Source: Myxococcales bacterium (GTDB lineage: Bacteria; Myxococcota; B64-G9). From it: 64,000 nt of DNA. Below, piece after piece: positions 11,374 to 21,116 of this stretch. The first letter of the stretch is position 1. The number at the start of each line of letters is the position of its first letter. Location of the stretch: contig JAAZNF010000003.1 in assembly GCA_012798435.1 (NCBI GenBank), forward strand, positions 2,154 through 66,153. Direction: 5' to 3'. The notes beneath the pieces are model-generated. The model saw only the letters and a program-made list of their open reading frames with translations, was not told where the DNA came from and did not search any database. The translations under genes and the position numbers were made by a program.

Positions 11374-12684
11374 ATGCCGACTCAAAAGCAGATCGTCCGC
11401 TTCCCCCCGGGAGCGCCGGTCTTCTCCGACCGTCCGTTCGACGACAATATCCGCGCAACCGTGGACGGATTCGCCCGGCGCGGCTTCTGCCCCTCGGGCT
11501 GGCTGGAGATCGAGAACGCCGACTCGCGCCTGTACTGCCTGTTCCACCAGAGCCGGCCCTACCTGGCCGGAATTGCCGACATCGAGGGGTTCAGTTGGCT
11601 CCCACTGAGCGAGCTGGTGCCCAAGATGCGTCAGATCCAGGAGGCCCACTGTAGCCTGTTCGCCTGCGAGCTGGTCCAGGTGTTGCTCATGGCGGTCCAC
11701 TTTCGCCACCGGCCCAACCTGCAAGCCTCGACCCGCCTGGTGGATCTCGGGCACGTCCTTTCGGTGCTGCAACAGGACGGCCAGGACGCCGCCATGGCGC
11801 TGGAGCGGGGCGGCCTGCGCACGATGATGTTCATGCAAAAAGGGGTCCCCACCCGCCTCTATTTCTGCGACCCCCGCGACGACCCCGGCAAGGGCTCGGT
11901 GACCGACCGCTTTCTCGAATACGGTTTCGCCCCGGGAGCGCCCGAGGGCCGGGTGGAGGTGTTCCATCGTCTGAAGTTGGAGACCGATCCGGACGCCGGC
12001 AAGTCGCTGACCCAGCTCGAGTTGGAGGCCCAGCCTCCACCAGCGGTGAATTGCAAAGTGCTCCTCGGCGAGCAGGTGGTGCTGCAGCGTTCGTTCATGC
12101 CGCCCGCCATGTTCATCGGGCGGGATCCGACCTGTGAGCTGCGCCTGGACAACCTGAGCGTGAGCCGGCGCCACGCTCGCATCGGCTGGGAGAGAGGCCG
12201 CTTCGTCCTTCAGGACCTCAACTCGTCCAACGGCACCCTGGTCAACGGGAAGCCCGTGGACAGGCGAGACGTGGGCCTGGACGACGTTATCACCGTGGGC
12301 AAGTACCACATCCGCATCGCCGTGCCCGAGGCCATGCCCCTGCCGCAGGCCACGGTCATGGTGAGCGCGGCCGGACCGGGCAGCGGCCAGCTGTTCCTGG
12401 TGTGCGGAGAGCAGTCGGTCGAACTCAAGCACGACATCACCATCGGACGGGTGGACGGCGTGGATCTACGCCTGCGGGGGTTCGGCATCAAACCCATCCA
12501 CGCCCGTCTGCACAACACCGACGAGGGTAGCGTCCGCCTCGATTGTGTGGAGAAGGCCTGGGTGCGGGTGAACGGCGCCCGGGTCCGCAGCACGCTACTG
12601 AAGCCGGGCCAGGCCTTCGCCATCGGCCGCCACTCTCTGTCGCTGGTCGACGTCCCGCGTTATGTCCCCGCCCCGCAGGCTTGA
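11374..12684 (+). CDS. Dual FHA-domain protein with N-terminal domain of unknown function.
   Basis: Two FHA cores (IGRDPTCELRLDNLSVSRRHARI...SSNGTLVNG and ITIGRVDGVDLRLRGFGIKPIHARL...VRVNGARV). Confidence 0.7.
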   Translation: MPTQKQIVRFPPGAPVFSDRPFDDNIRATVDGFARRGFCPSGWLEIENADSRLYCLFHQSRPYLAGIADIEGFSWLPLSELVPKMRQIQEAHCSLFACELVQVLLMAVHFRHRPNLQASTRLVDLGHVLSVLQQDGQDAAMALERGGLRTMMFMQKGVPTRLYFCDPRDDPGKGSVTDRFLEYGFAPGAPEGRVEVFHRLKLETDPDAGKSLTQLELEAQPPPAVNCKVLLGEQVVLQRSFMPPAMFIGRDPTCELRLDNLSVSRRHARIGWERGRFVLQDLNSSNGTLVNGKPVDRRDVGLDDVITVGKYHIRIAVPEAMPLPQATVMVSAAGPGSGQLFLVCGEQSVELKHDITIGRVDGVDLRLRGFGIKPIHARLHNTDEGSVRLDCVEKAWVRVNGARVRSTLLKPGQAFAIGRHSLSLVDVPRYVPAPQA

Positions 12685-12901
12685 CGCGCCAGGCCTCCGT
12701 ACCTCCGCCTTCCGCTTGGTGTTCGACTCCCCGAACATCGCCGCCGTCCGCAAGGCCCAGCCAGTCAACCCGGCAAATCGGGTCGTACGACACTCACCCT
12801 CGGGAAGAAAAAACCTCGGGCGATGAGAATTTGCACCCTGCCAAAATCGCTTGTAGGATTCCTGCCAGCGCGGGGCAGTCTCCGGCGCGAGGAGGCGCAG
12901 C

Positions 12902-14899
12902 TTGGGGTTGGCGCGCGACAGCGCGGTCGTGAGGGTCATCGAGGGGGCGATCCGGCAGCGGCGCTCCGGTGTGCTCGGTCTCCGCTACGGCGCCGAGGAA
13001 GGCCGGGTGTATTTGACCGATGGCCGCCTGGCCTGGGCGGCCGCCAGCGCGGTGAAGAGCAACCTCTACCTCCGCCTGGTCGAGGCCACCGGCCAGGAAG
13101 CGAATACCATCCAGCGCATCTTCGACGAGAGCAAGAAGGCCGGCAAGAACTTCGGCGAGGCCATGATCGAACGCGGGCTGCTGGACGAGCCGCGCCTGCG
13201 CGAGATCCTGCTCGAACACGTGGCCGGTTGCCTCGCGCACCTCGGCACCTGGCCCACGCTAGAAGCGACCTTCACACCCGACTTCCGGGCCTATCGAACC
13301 AGCCTCACCTTCACTCTCGAAGAGGTGCTCGAGCGGGCCAGCCAACTCGAATCCCAGCCGGTGCAACCGCCGGCCGGCGACCCGCCCTCCCACCGAAAGG
13401 AGCGCGTCTGCCCCCGCTGCGGGAAACGCCATCCTGACACGGTGTCTTACTGCAGCGTCGACGGAACCCGGCTCTCCGAGATCGACAGCGTGCCCGAGGC
13501 GCTGGCCGAGGGCACCGCCCTGGTGGGAGCGGTGCTGGGCTCCTACCGCATCACCCACCTGCTCGGCGAGGGTGGCATGGGCTTCGTGTACCTGGCCGAG
13601 CACACCCGGCTGGGACGCAAGGTGGCGCTCAAGATGCTGCGCCAAGACAGCGCCGGCAACCCGGGCGCCGTCAAGCGCTTCTTCGTGGAGGCGCGCGCCG
13701 TCAACCAGATCAAACACGAGAACATCATCGAGATCACCGACTTCGTGGAGGACGAACGCGGCCGCAACTACTACATCATGGAGCACCTCGAAGGGCGCAC
13801 CCTGAGCGAGGAGATCGGCGAGAAGGGCGCCATGTCGGCGCGGCGGGCCATGGCCATCGCCGCCCAGGCGGCCTCCGCTCTGGCCGCGGCCCACGCCGCG
13901 GGGGTGGTCCACCGGGATCTCAAGCCTGACAATGTCTTCCTCACCACGCGCGGCGAGCGCAAGGACGTGGTGAAACTGCTCGACTTCGGGGTGGCCAAGC
14001 TGGCCGGGCCGCTGCCCGACCTGCGCCAGCTCCACAAGACCGCCGCCGGGGCCATCCTGGGCACGCCGGAGTACATGTCGCCGGAACAGGTGAGCGGCAA
14101 GGAGGTGGACTACCGCTCCGACCTGTACTCCCTGGGTGTCATCATGTTCGAGATGGTGACCGGCAAGAAGCCGTTCCAGGCCAAGACCTTCGGCGAGATG
14201 GTCATCAAGCACCTGACGGTCAAGCCGCCGCGACCGAGCCAGCTCAAGGACACGCCGGTGCGTCTGCCGCGGGTGTTCGAGGACCTCATCCTGGAATGCC
14301 TGGATAAGGACCCGGCCCGACGCCCCCGGGACGCGAAGGAGATCGAAGACCGGTTGCGAAAGTACGCCGGCCTGAGCTCGGTCCAGCTCGAGTCCCTGGG
14401 ACCCGAAACCCGCCGGCGCCGACCCGCATGGTTGGTCGCCGCCATCGCCATCGGCTCGCTGGCGGCCGCGGGGGCGGCGCTGTTCTTTGCGCTGCGGCGG
14501 GAAACCAGCCAACCTCCCCCGCCGTCCCCACCTCCCCTGCCGCCCCCGGTCGCCGACGCGGCCATGCCACAGGAGCCACCGCCTCCCCCGCCGCCGGCGA
14601 TGATCACCGTGTCGTTCGAAACCACGCCGGCGGGGGCCGAGGTCTGGCGGGAGGGAGGCGAGGTGCCGCTGGGAAAGACGCCGCTCTCTCTCACCTTCGA
14701 GCACGCCGAAAAGAAGGCGACCTTCGAGCTGCGCCTGCCGGGATTCGAGAAGGCGTCACGGGAAATCTTACTGGACAAGGACGCCCAGGTAGTGGTGGCG
14801 CTGACTCGCCTGAAAAAGACGCCCCGACCGGACGCGGGCAAACCCGAGCCAGACCCACACCTGGACAATGACACGACCATCGACCCCTTCGACGAATGA
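12902..14899 (+). CDS. Ser/Thr protein kinase with N-terminal DUF4388-like domain and Zn-ribbon, TM helix, Pro-rich spacer and C-terminal PEGA domain. Start uncertain (TTG 12902, TTG 12908 or GTG 12929).
   Basis: DUF4388-like SGVLGLRYGAEEGRVYLTDGRLAWAA; CPRCGKR...YCSVDG; kinase motifs GEGGMGFVYLA, VALKML, HRDLKPDN, DFG, SPE; TM WLVAAIAIGSLAAAGAALFFAL; PEGA-like C-terminus. Confidence 0.8.
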   Translation: MGLARDSAVVRVIEGAIRQRRSGVLGLRYGAEEGRVYLTDGRLAWAAASAVKSNLYLRLVEATGQEANTIQRIFDESKKAGKNFGEAMIERGLLDEPRLREILLEHVAGCLAHLGTWPTLEATFTPDFRAYRTSLTFTLEEVLERASQLESQPVQPPAGDPPSHRKERVCPRCGKRHPDTVSYCSVDGTRLSEIDSVPEALAEGTALVGAVLGSYRITHLLGEGGMGFVYLAEHTRLGRKVALKMLRQDSAGNPGAVKRFFVEARAVNQIKHENIIEITDFVEDERGRNYYIMEHLEGRTLSEEIGEKGAMSARRAMAIAAQAASALAAAHAAGVVHRDLKPDNVFLTTRGERKDVVKLLDFGVAKLAGPLPDLRQLHKTAAGAILGTPEYMSPEQVSGKEVDYRSDLYSLGVIMFEMVTGKKPFQAKTFGEMVIKHLTVKPPRPSQLKDTPVRLPRVFEDLILECLDKDPARRPRDAKEIEDRLRKYAGLSSVQLESLGPETRRRRPAWLVAAIAIGSLAAAGAALFFALRRETSQPPPPSPPPLPPPVADAAMPQEPPPPPPPAMITVSFETTPAGAEVWREGGEVPLGKTPLSLTFEHAEKKATFELRLPGFEKASREILLDKDAQVVVALTRLKKTPRPDAGKPEPDPHLDNDTTIDPFDE

Positions 14900-15322
14900 G
14901 CGAAAGGTGCAGACGACTCGCCTTGCTCTCATCTGGAGCGAGTTTACTGGAAGCCTGGAGGCGAAGCCGACGGAGCCGATGCGTTCACGGGTGCGGCCTG
15001 TGCATGCTCATCGCCCTGTCGCTCGCGGCCTGCTCGGGAAATGGCGGCGCCCCCGATGCCCATGGCCTCCTTGACTCGGACGAAATGGTCACCCCGGGTG
15101 ACGACAGCGGCCTCGGGTAGGAGCCTTGGCGCGCGGTCTCCGAGGATGGTCATGGGCGTAGTGAAAAAAGCCTGATCACGGGTATCTCCGCGCGCGCCCC
15201 GATCCGCGGCCGTCACGGCTCCGAGCCGATGCTCCCTCACACGCCGCCTCCTCTCCGTTGACTTCAGCGCCTCGAGGACCTAGACTTTGCCGCGGATTCA
15301 ATCGGCGCGAGGAGCCCGGACC

Positions 15323-16897
15323 ATGGCCGTAGAACCGGTGATCGGCATCGACCTCGGCACTTCCTATTCATCGGTCGCCGTCGTCCAGGAAGGCGAAGTG
15401 ATGGTCATCCCCAACGAGTGGGGCGAGACGGTGCACGCCTCGGTGGTCTCGTTCCTGGAGGACGGCCGCATCCAGGTGGGCAACGACGCCAAGCGCCGCC
15501 TGCTCACCCACCCGCGCCACACCATCTACTCGGCCAAGCGCCTCATCGGCCGCTTCTTCTTCTCCCCCGAGGTCAAGAAGGCCCGGGCGGTGTGCCCCTA
15601 CGAGATCGTGGAGGGCCCCAACCACAGCGTGCGCATCCAGGTGATGGGCGAGCAGCTCAGCCTGCCGCAGGTGTCGGCCCTGGTGCTCAAGGAGATGAAG
15701 GAAATCGCCGAGAACCACCTGGGCTGCGAGATCAAGAAGGCGGTGGTGACGGTGCCGGCCTTCTTCAACGACAACCAGCGCCAGGCCACCAACGACGCCG
15801 GGCGCATCGCCGGTCTGGAGGTGCTGCGCATCATCAACGAGCCCACCGCCGCCGCCCTGGCCTACGGCTTCGGCAAGAACGTCAACGAGCGGGTGGTGGT
15901 GTACGACCTGGGCGGGGGCACCTTCGACGTGAGCATCCTGGAGATCGGCGACAACAACACCTTCGAGGTCCTGGCCACCGCCGGCGACACCTACCTCGGC
16001 GGCGACGACATGGACATGCGCCTGATGGACTTCTTCGCCGACCAGTTCATGCAGGAGACCGGCATCAACCTGCGCAACGACGTCCAGGCCCTGCAGAAAC
16101 TGCGCGACGTGGCCGAGGAGACCAAGAAGGCCTTCTCCACCAAGAAGAAGGTCAAGGTGCACATCCCCGAGGTGTTCACCGACAGTGACGGCAAGGTGTA
16201 CGAGTTCAACTCCATCATCGACAACGACACCTTCACCAAGCTCATCATGGATCTCATCCAGCGCACCTTCAAGGTGTGCGACGAGGCCTTCCAGTCGGCC
16301 GGCTTCACCGTGAACGACGTGGACGGGGTGATCCTGGTGGGCGGCCCCACCCGGTTGCCGCTGGTGCGCGACTCGGTGCGGCACTACTTCAGCAAGGAGC
16401 CCCAGGCCGGCGTCAACCCCGACCACGTGGTGGCCATGGGCGCGGCCATCCAGGGCGCGGCGCTGACCGACGCCGCCGCCCAGACCTTCCTGCTGGACGT
16501 CACCCCGCTCACCCTGCGCCTGGCCACGGTAGGCGGTTTCACCGAGGCCATCATCGACAAGAACACCCCGGTGCCCATCGATCGCACCCGCACCTTCGTC
16601 ACCTCGCGCGACAACCAGGACAAGGTGCGCATCCGCATCCTGCAGGGCGAGAGCAACCGGGTGGAGGAGAACGAGCTCCTCGGCGAGTTCGAGTTCTCGG
16701 GCTTCCGCATCGCCGGCCGGGGCGAGGTCAAGATCGAGGTCACCTTCGAGATCGACTCGAACGGCATCGTCAACGTCTCGGCCCGCGACCCGGAGAGCGG
16801 TCAGAGCGCCTCAACGCGGGTGAGCCTGAGCAGCGGACTGACCGAACAGGAGATCCAACAGAGCACCCAGCGGGTACAGTCGGCCGAGCTGGCCTGA
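15323..16897 (+). CDS. Hsp70/DnaK-family ATPase lacking the C-terminal helical lid (524 aa).
   Basis: [35 protein letters not shown]-beta [17 protein letters not shown]; ends shortly after SBD-beta. Confidence 0.8.
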   Translation: MAVEPVIGIDLGTSYSSVAVVQEGEVMVIPNEWGETVHASVVSFLEDGRIQVGNDAKRRLLTHPRHTIYSAKRLIGRFFFSPEVKKARAVCPYEIVEGPNHSVRIQVMGEQLSLPQVSALVLKEMKEIAENHLGCEIKKAVVTVPAFFNDNQRQATNDAGRIAGLEVLRIINEPTAAALAYGFGKNVNERVVVYDLGGGTFDVSILEIGDNNTFEVLATAGDTYLGGDDMDMRLMDFFADQFMQETGINLRNDVQALQKLRDVAEETKKAFSTKKKVKVHIPEVFTDSDGKVYEFNSIIDNDTFTKLIMDLIQRTFKVCDEAFQSAGFTVNDVDGVILVGGPTRLPLVRDSVRHYFSKEPQAGVNPDHVVAMGAAIQGAALTDAAAQTFLLDVTPLTLRLATVGGFTEAIIDKNTPVPIDRTRTFVTSRDNQDKVRIRILQGESNRVEENELLGEFEFSGFRIAGRGEVKIEVTFEIDSNGIVNVSARDPESGQSASTRVSLSSGLTEQEIQQSTQRVQSAELA

Positions 16898-16942
16898 GGA
16901 CGAAGACGGCGGCGAGGCCGCGCCGGGTAGAGGACGTCGTCC

Positions 16943-17539
16943 ATGGATCCGAAGTTCGCCACCGAGGTCGAGACGCTGAGTCGGCTCATCGACGAGCTGG
17001 ACTACTACCAGATCCTGCGCGTGCCGAAAAACGCCAGCCTGGGACAGGTGCGCAAGGCCTACCACGAGCAATCGCTCAAGTTCCACCCGGATCGTTTCTT
17101 TGGCCTACCCGAAGGCGCGCTGAAATCCGGTATCAAGAAGATCGCCAAGCGCGTGGCCGAGGCCTACGTCACCCTTCGTGACGCCAGCAAGCGGCGCGCC
17201 TACGACCTCCAACTCCAGCGATTGCAGTCCCCTTCCCCCGCGGCCCCGGAGAGCGCTCCCGGCGCGCCCGCGCCGGCCGCGGCCCCCCCGGCCACGGCAT
17301 TGCGCTTCACCGAGCAGACCGAGAAGGCCTTCAAGCAGGAGAAGCAGCAGCAGTTCGGCAAGACCGAGAAGGGCCGCAAACTGTACCAGCAGGGGATGCG
17401 GGAGTTCCAGGCCAAGAACTTCGTCGCCGCCGAGCGCACCTTCAAGATGGCGCTGGCCTACGAGCCGGACAACGAGCTGTTCGCCAAGCTGCGCGACGAG
17501 GCCGGGCGCAACATCAAGACCGACTACACCATCAAGTAG
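16943..17539 (+). CDS. J-domain (DnaJ-like) co-chaperone with C-terminal TPR-like region.
   Basis: DYYQILRVPKNASLGQVRKAYHEQSLKFHPDRF with HPD motif. Confidence 0.75.
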   Translation: MDPKFATEVETLSRLIDELDYYQILRVPKNASLGQVRKAYHEQSLKFHPDRFFGLPEGALKSGIKKIAKRVAEAYVTLRDASKRRAYDLQLQRLQSPSPAAPESAPGAPAPAAAPPATALRFTEQTEKAFKQEKQQQFGKTEKGRKLYQQGMREFQAKNFVAAERTFKMALAYEPDNELFAKLRDEAGRNIKTDYTIK

Positions 17540-17563
17540 CCGGCGCCGTCCCCGGGGGTCCAC

Positions 17564-19441
17564 ATGAAACCCGTTATCCAGTACGCCGTCCTGTTGGACG
17601 CCACCGACGGTTCGCACGAGTTGAGCGCCCTCGAGGCGCCGGAACCGCTCGGCCCGGTGGACTTCGCCTGGCGCGAGCGCTCGCGCGGCGCCACCTGCGT
17701 CGGCGCCGGCATCCTGGCTGGCGGCATCGTCCCCGGCTCCAACCGCTTGATCTTCGCTGGCGACTCCGAGCTGTGGGGCGGTTTCTACACCTCCGCATTG
17801 GGCGGGGCGGGCCTGTTGTGGGACGGCGTCGGGATCTCGTTTCTCGCCGTGCGCGGCAGGGCCGCGCGCCCCAGCGTGGTGATCCTGGCCGGCGAGAAGA
17901 ACGGTTTCCCCTCCTGTCGCCAGGTCCCGCTCGACCTCGACAAAGCATGGAAGGAAAAGGACGGCGAGGCGGGCTTCTACGCTCTCCAGCGACACGTCTT
18001 TTCGAACCTGTGGGATCGTCAGGGCACGCCGCGGGTGCTGGCGGTGGGGCCGGCCGCCCGGACCACCCGTTTCGGCGCGGTCGGCTCGAGCCGCACCGCC
18101 GCAGGCAAGCTCACCGCCGTGGACGACTGGGCCGGGCGCGGCGGCTTCGGCTCGCGGCTGCTCCAGCGGCACAACATCTGCGCCATCGTGTATGGCGGCG
18201 ACTTCGAGGACGAGGATCTTACCGACCGGGCCGAGGCCGATGGCTTCTTCCAGAAGCGCTTCTCCAAGAGCATGCTGCTGGAGGACCTGGAGGCCACCAC
18301 CAAGTACCGGTTCGACCCGCGCTGGAAGTCGGGCGGCACCTTCGGGGTCAACTACTCCAGCCTGCAGGACAGCATGCTGTCGTTCAACTACCGCTCGGTG
18401 AGCTGGGGGCGGGAGCAGCGGCGTGCCCTGTGGGAGCGGCTGGTGCGCGATCACTTCCTGGCGCAGTTCAACCACGAGACGATCGAGAAGAAGCAGTTCT
18501 CCCATTGCGGCGAACCCTGTCCGGCGGTGTGCAAAAAGATGAACGGCGTCTTCAAGAAGGACTACGAGCCCTACCACACCCTGGGGCCGCAACTGGGCGT
18601 GTTCGACCAGCGGGTGGCTGAAAAGCTCAACCGACGCTCGGACGCGCTCGGCTTCGACGGCATCCAGGTCGGCGGTCTCATCGCCTGGGTCATGGAGTGC
18701 CTCCACCAGGGCGTGGTATCGGCCACCGCGATCGGCCTGCCGCCCGACGTGCCCGAGCGGCCGGTGTTCGAGCCGGATAGATTCGACCCGGCGCGCGACT
18801 CGGAGCACAACGGCCGGATCGCGCTTGCGCTGCTTGATCTCTGCGCCACCCCGGGACACCTGCTCTCGCGTGGGATGCGCCAGGCGGCGCGGGAGCTGGG
18901 ACCGCAGGCGGCGGCGCTGGCGGTGTATCTTGCGAACGGCCCGGAGGGTTGGATGGTCCCCAACCAGTATTGGGTGCCGGGGATGCTGGCCCCCATGCCC
19001 ATCATGGGGAAATACTTCACCGATTACGCCAGCGACTTCCGCCCGCCGCGCGAGCTGGGGCGGCGCTGCGTCGAGCGCATGCTCGCCGAGATCACCACCG
19101 AGAACGCAGGAGTTTGCCGCTTCCACCGCGGTTGGTCGGAGAAGCTGTGGCCCGAGCTGGTCAACGGCCACCTCGGCGCGGCCTTCGACTTTGCGATCAT
19201 CCACGCCGCCCTGTGTCGAGCCATCCGCGCGCAGGCGAAGCCGGTGTTCTGGGAGTGCCGGAAAATCTTCGAGATCCTGGCCGGTTACTTCACCTCCCTC
19301 GCGGAGGAGAACCCCGCCGACGAGGCGATCCGCACCTGGCACAACCGCATCATCGCCGATCCGGCGGCGGCGGCCCGCGCCTACTGGGACGAGCTCGCGG
19401 CGGGGATCGACGAGGGATTTTCACTGCTCCCGGGCGAATGA
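17564..19441 (+). CDS. Aldehyde:ferredoxin oxidoreductase (AOR)-family protein (tungsto/molybdopterin enzyme family), divergent.
   Basis: AFOR_N-like N-terminus (NRLIFAGDSELWGG...AGLLWDGVGISFLAVRGRAARPSVVILAG); C-x3-C-x3-C cluster HCGEPCPAVC; ~625 aa. Confidence 0.5.
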   Translation: MKPVIQYAVLLDATDGSHELSALEAPEPLGPVDFAWRERSRGATCVGAGILAGGIVPGSNRLIFAGDSELWGGFYTSALGGAGLLWDGVGISFLAVRGRAARPSVVILAGEKNGFPSCRQVPLDLDKAWKEKDGEAGFYALQRHVFSNLWDRQGTPRVLAVGPAARTTRFGAVGSSRTAAGKLTAVDDWAGRGGFGSRLLQRHNICAIVYGGDFEDEDLTDRAEADGFFQKRFSKSMLLEDLEATTKYRFDPRWKSGGTFGVNYSSLQDSMLSFNYRSVSWGREQRRALWERLVRDHFLAQFNHETIEKKQFSHCGEPCPAVCKKMNGVFKKDYEPYHTLGPQLGVFDQRVAEKLNRRSDALGFDGIQVGGLIAWVMECLHQGVVSATAIGLPPDVPERPVFEPDRFDPARDSEHNGRIALALLDLCATPGHLLSRGMRQAARELGPQAAALAVYLANGPEGWMVPNQYWVPGMLAPMPIMGKYFTDYASDFRPPRELGRRCVERMLAEITTENAGVCRFHRGWSEKLWPELVNGHLGAAFDFAIIHAALCRAIRAQAKPVFWECRKIFEILAGYFTSLAEENPADEAIRTWHNRIIADPAAAARAYWDELAAGIDEGFSLLPGE

Positions 19442-20184
19442 TCATCGACATCGTCATCCTGGTGCTGGTCTTGATCTTCGCCGTCCTGGGATATTGGAGC
19501 GGCCTGCTGCGGCAGGCGCTGCGCCTGGCCGCCCTGGTGTGCGCAGGTCTCCTGGCCGCGCCCCTGGGCGCGCTGTTCGCCCCCGCGATCACTCGCGCCT
19601 TCGAGGTGCAGCCTCTGGTGGGCCGGGTGGCCGGACCGCTTCTGGCCTTCGTGGCCCTGTACCTCGTCCTGTCCGTCGCCGCCTTTGTCATCCTGCGTGG
19701 CATCCGGCGCCGCCGGCGAGAACTCGGCCGCGCCGCTGTCCCCGCCTGGGAGCGCTGGACCGGCGCCGTGCTGGGCGCGCTGAAGCTGGCCGCCATCGCC
19801 TTCTTGCTGCTCTCGGGGCTGGTGCTGCTGGAACGATTCTCTCCCGGCGGCGAGAAAGCCCACGCGGTGGTGCGCGAGTCCCGCCTGTGCGCGCTGGCCC
19901 GGTCAGCCAACCTGTTCGCCGCCTTGCACCTGCCCGTGGTGGGCAAGGTGGAGTCACTGGGCAAACTGGCCGCCGACCCGGAGTTCCGCGAGAAAGCGGC
20001 CGCCGATCCGGCGGTGCAACGGCTGCTCTTCCACCCCATCTTCCGAAAGCTCCTGGACGATCCGGAAATCCAAGAGCTGGCGAAGAACAGCGACCTGGCC
20101 GGCCTGCTCGGCAACCCCCGCCTGAACCAGACCCTGGAAGATCCCGAGATCAAGAAACTGCTTTCGGAGATCGAGCTGCGCTGA
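19438..20184 (+). CDS. CvpA-family membrane protein.
   Basis: N-terminal MIIDIVILVLVLIFAVLGYWSGLLRQ pattern typical of CvpA; four TM helices; ATGA overlap with upstream gene. Confidence 0.6.
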   Translation: MIIDIVILVLVLIFAVLGYWSGLLRQALRLAALVCAGLLAAPLGALFAPAITRAFEVQPLVGRVAGPLLAFVALYLVLSVAAFVILRGIRRRRRELGRAAVPAWERWTGAVLGALKLAAIAFLLLSGLVLLERFSPGGEKAHAVVRESRLCALARSANLFAALHLPVVGKVESLGKLAADPEFREKAAADPAVQRLLFHPIFRKLLDDPEIQELAKNSDLAGLLGNPRLNQTLEDPEIKKLLSEIELR

Positions 20185-20213
20185 TACATTGCGCGAAAGA
20201 GAAGAGGAACAAA

Positions 20214-20951
20214 ATGAAAGACGACGGATTTGCTCCTTCAGGAACAGACAGCCGGATCTCCGCAGCCACGCGCAACCTCATCCGCAAGGAGCTGGCCGAG
20301 CATACTCCCATCCCCACCATCGTAAAGCTCCTCATGCAGCAGGGGTTGTCCCGCGCCGACGCCAACTACGCCATCGACGTGGTGCAGTCCGAGGGCATCA
20401 TGGGCCCTGACGCGGCCGGCCCCAGCCCGGCGGTGCAAGGCGCCCTGGGCCTCCTGGGCGGGGTGCTAGCCGCCACCCTCGGCGGCGCGGTGTGGGCGGT
20501 GCTCACCTACGCCACCAACACCGAGATCGGCATCGTGGCCTGGGGCATCGGCTGGCTGACCGGCCTGGCGGTGGTGCTCTTCTCCCGTGGCGGGCGGGGC
20601 GTGCCGTTCCAGATCGCGGCGGCGATGTGCGCGGTGCTGGGCATCGCCATCGGCAAGTACGGCTCGATCTTCCTCTTCGCCAACAAGGAGTCCGGCGGCG
20701 AGCTGTCGCCGTTCGACCCGCGCCTGATCGAGCTGTTCTTCACCAAGGCCGGGGAGTGGTTCTCGGGCTATGACCTGCTGTGGGTGGGTCTGGCGGTGGT
20801 CACCGCCTTCGGGATCCCCAAGGTCCGCACGGCCAAGGGTGTGGTGCTCGCGGAAGACGCGCCGGCTGCCGGTTCTCCTGGGGCGGGCCCGTCATCGCCT
20901 CCCGGCTTGCCACCTTCCGAGACCCCGCCCGACGAGCCGCCCCGGATCTGA
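20214..20951 (+). CDS. Hypothetical integral membrane protein with Pro-rich C-terminus.
   Basis: ATG at 20214 after AAGAGGAAC; several TM helices; high GC3. Confidence 0.45.
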   Translation: MKDDGFAPSGTDSRISAATRNLIRKELAEHTPIPTIVKLLMQQGLSRADANYAIDVVQSEGIMGPDAAGPSPAVQGALGLLGGVLAATLGGAVWAVLTYATNTEIGIVAWGIGWLTGLAVVLFSRGGRGVPFQIAAAMCAVLGIAIGKYGSIFLFANKESGGELSPFDPRLIELFFTKAGEWFSGYDLLWVGLAVVTAFGIPKVRTAKGVVLAEDAPAAGSPGAGPSSPPGLPPSETPPDEPPRI

Positions 20952-21116
20952 ACACTCGCTCCCCTTCCCTCACCACAAGGCTCTGTCCGGATCGTCCCTT
21001 TTCATGGCGCCCGCGTCCGGGCAGGAAGGCGGCGCTGGCTTGATCGAGCCAGCGGTTTCTCGGTCACCTGGAAAATCGTGCGAAATCAGGCGGGGGAAAA
21101 GTCCTGCGGGGTTGGA

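Noticed and set aside
13259-19342. Minus-strand ORFs (481, 352, 745 aa) opposite the kinase, Hsp70 and AOR genes
   Set aside because: Antisense of genes with strong family signatures; low-complexity Arg/Gly/Ala-rich translations
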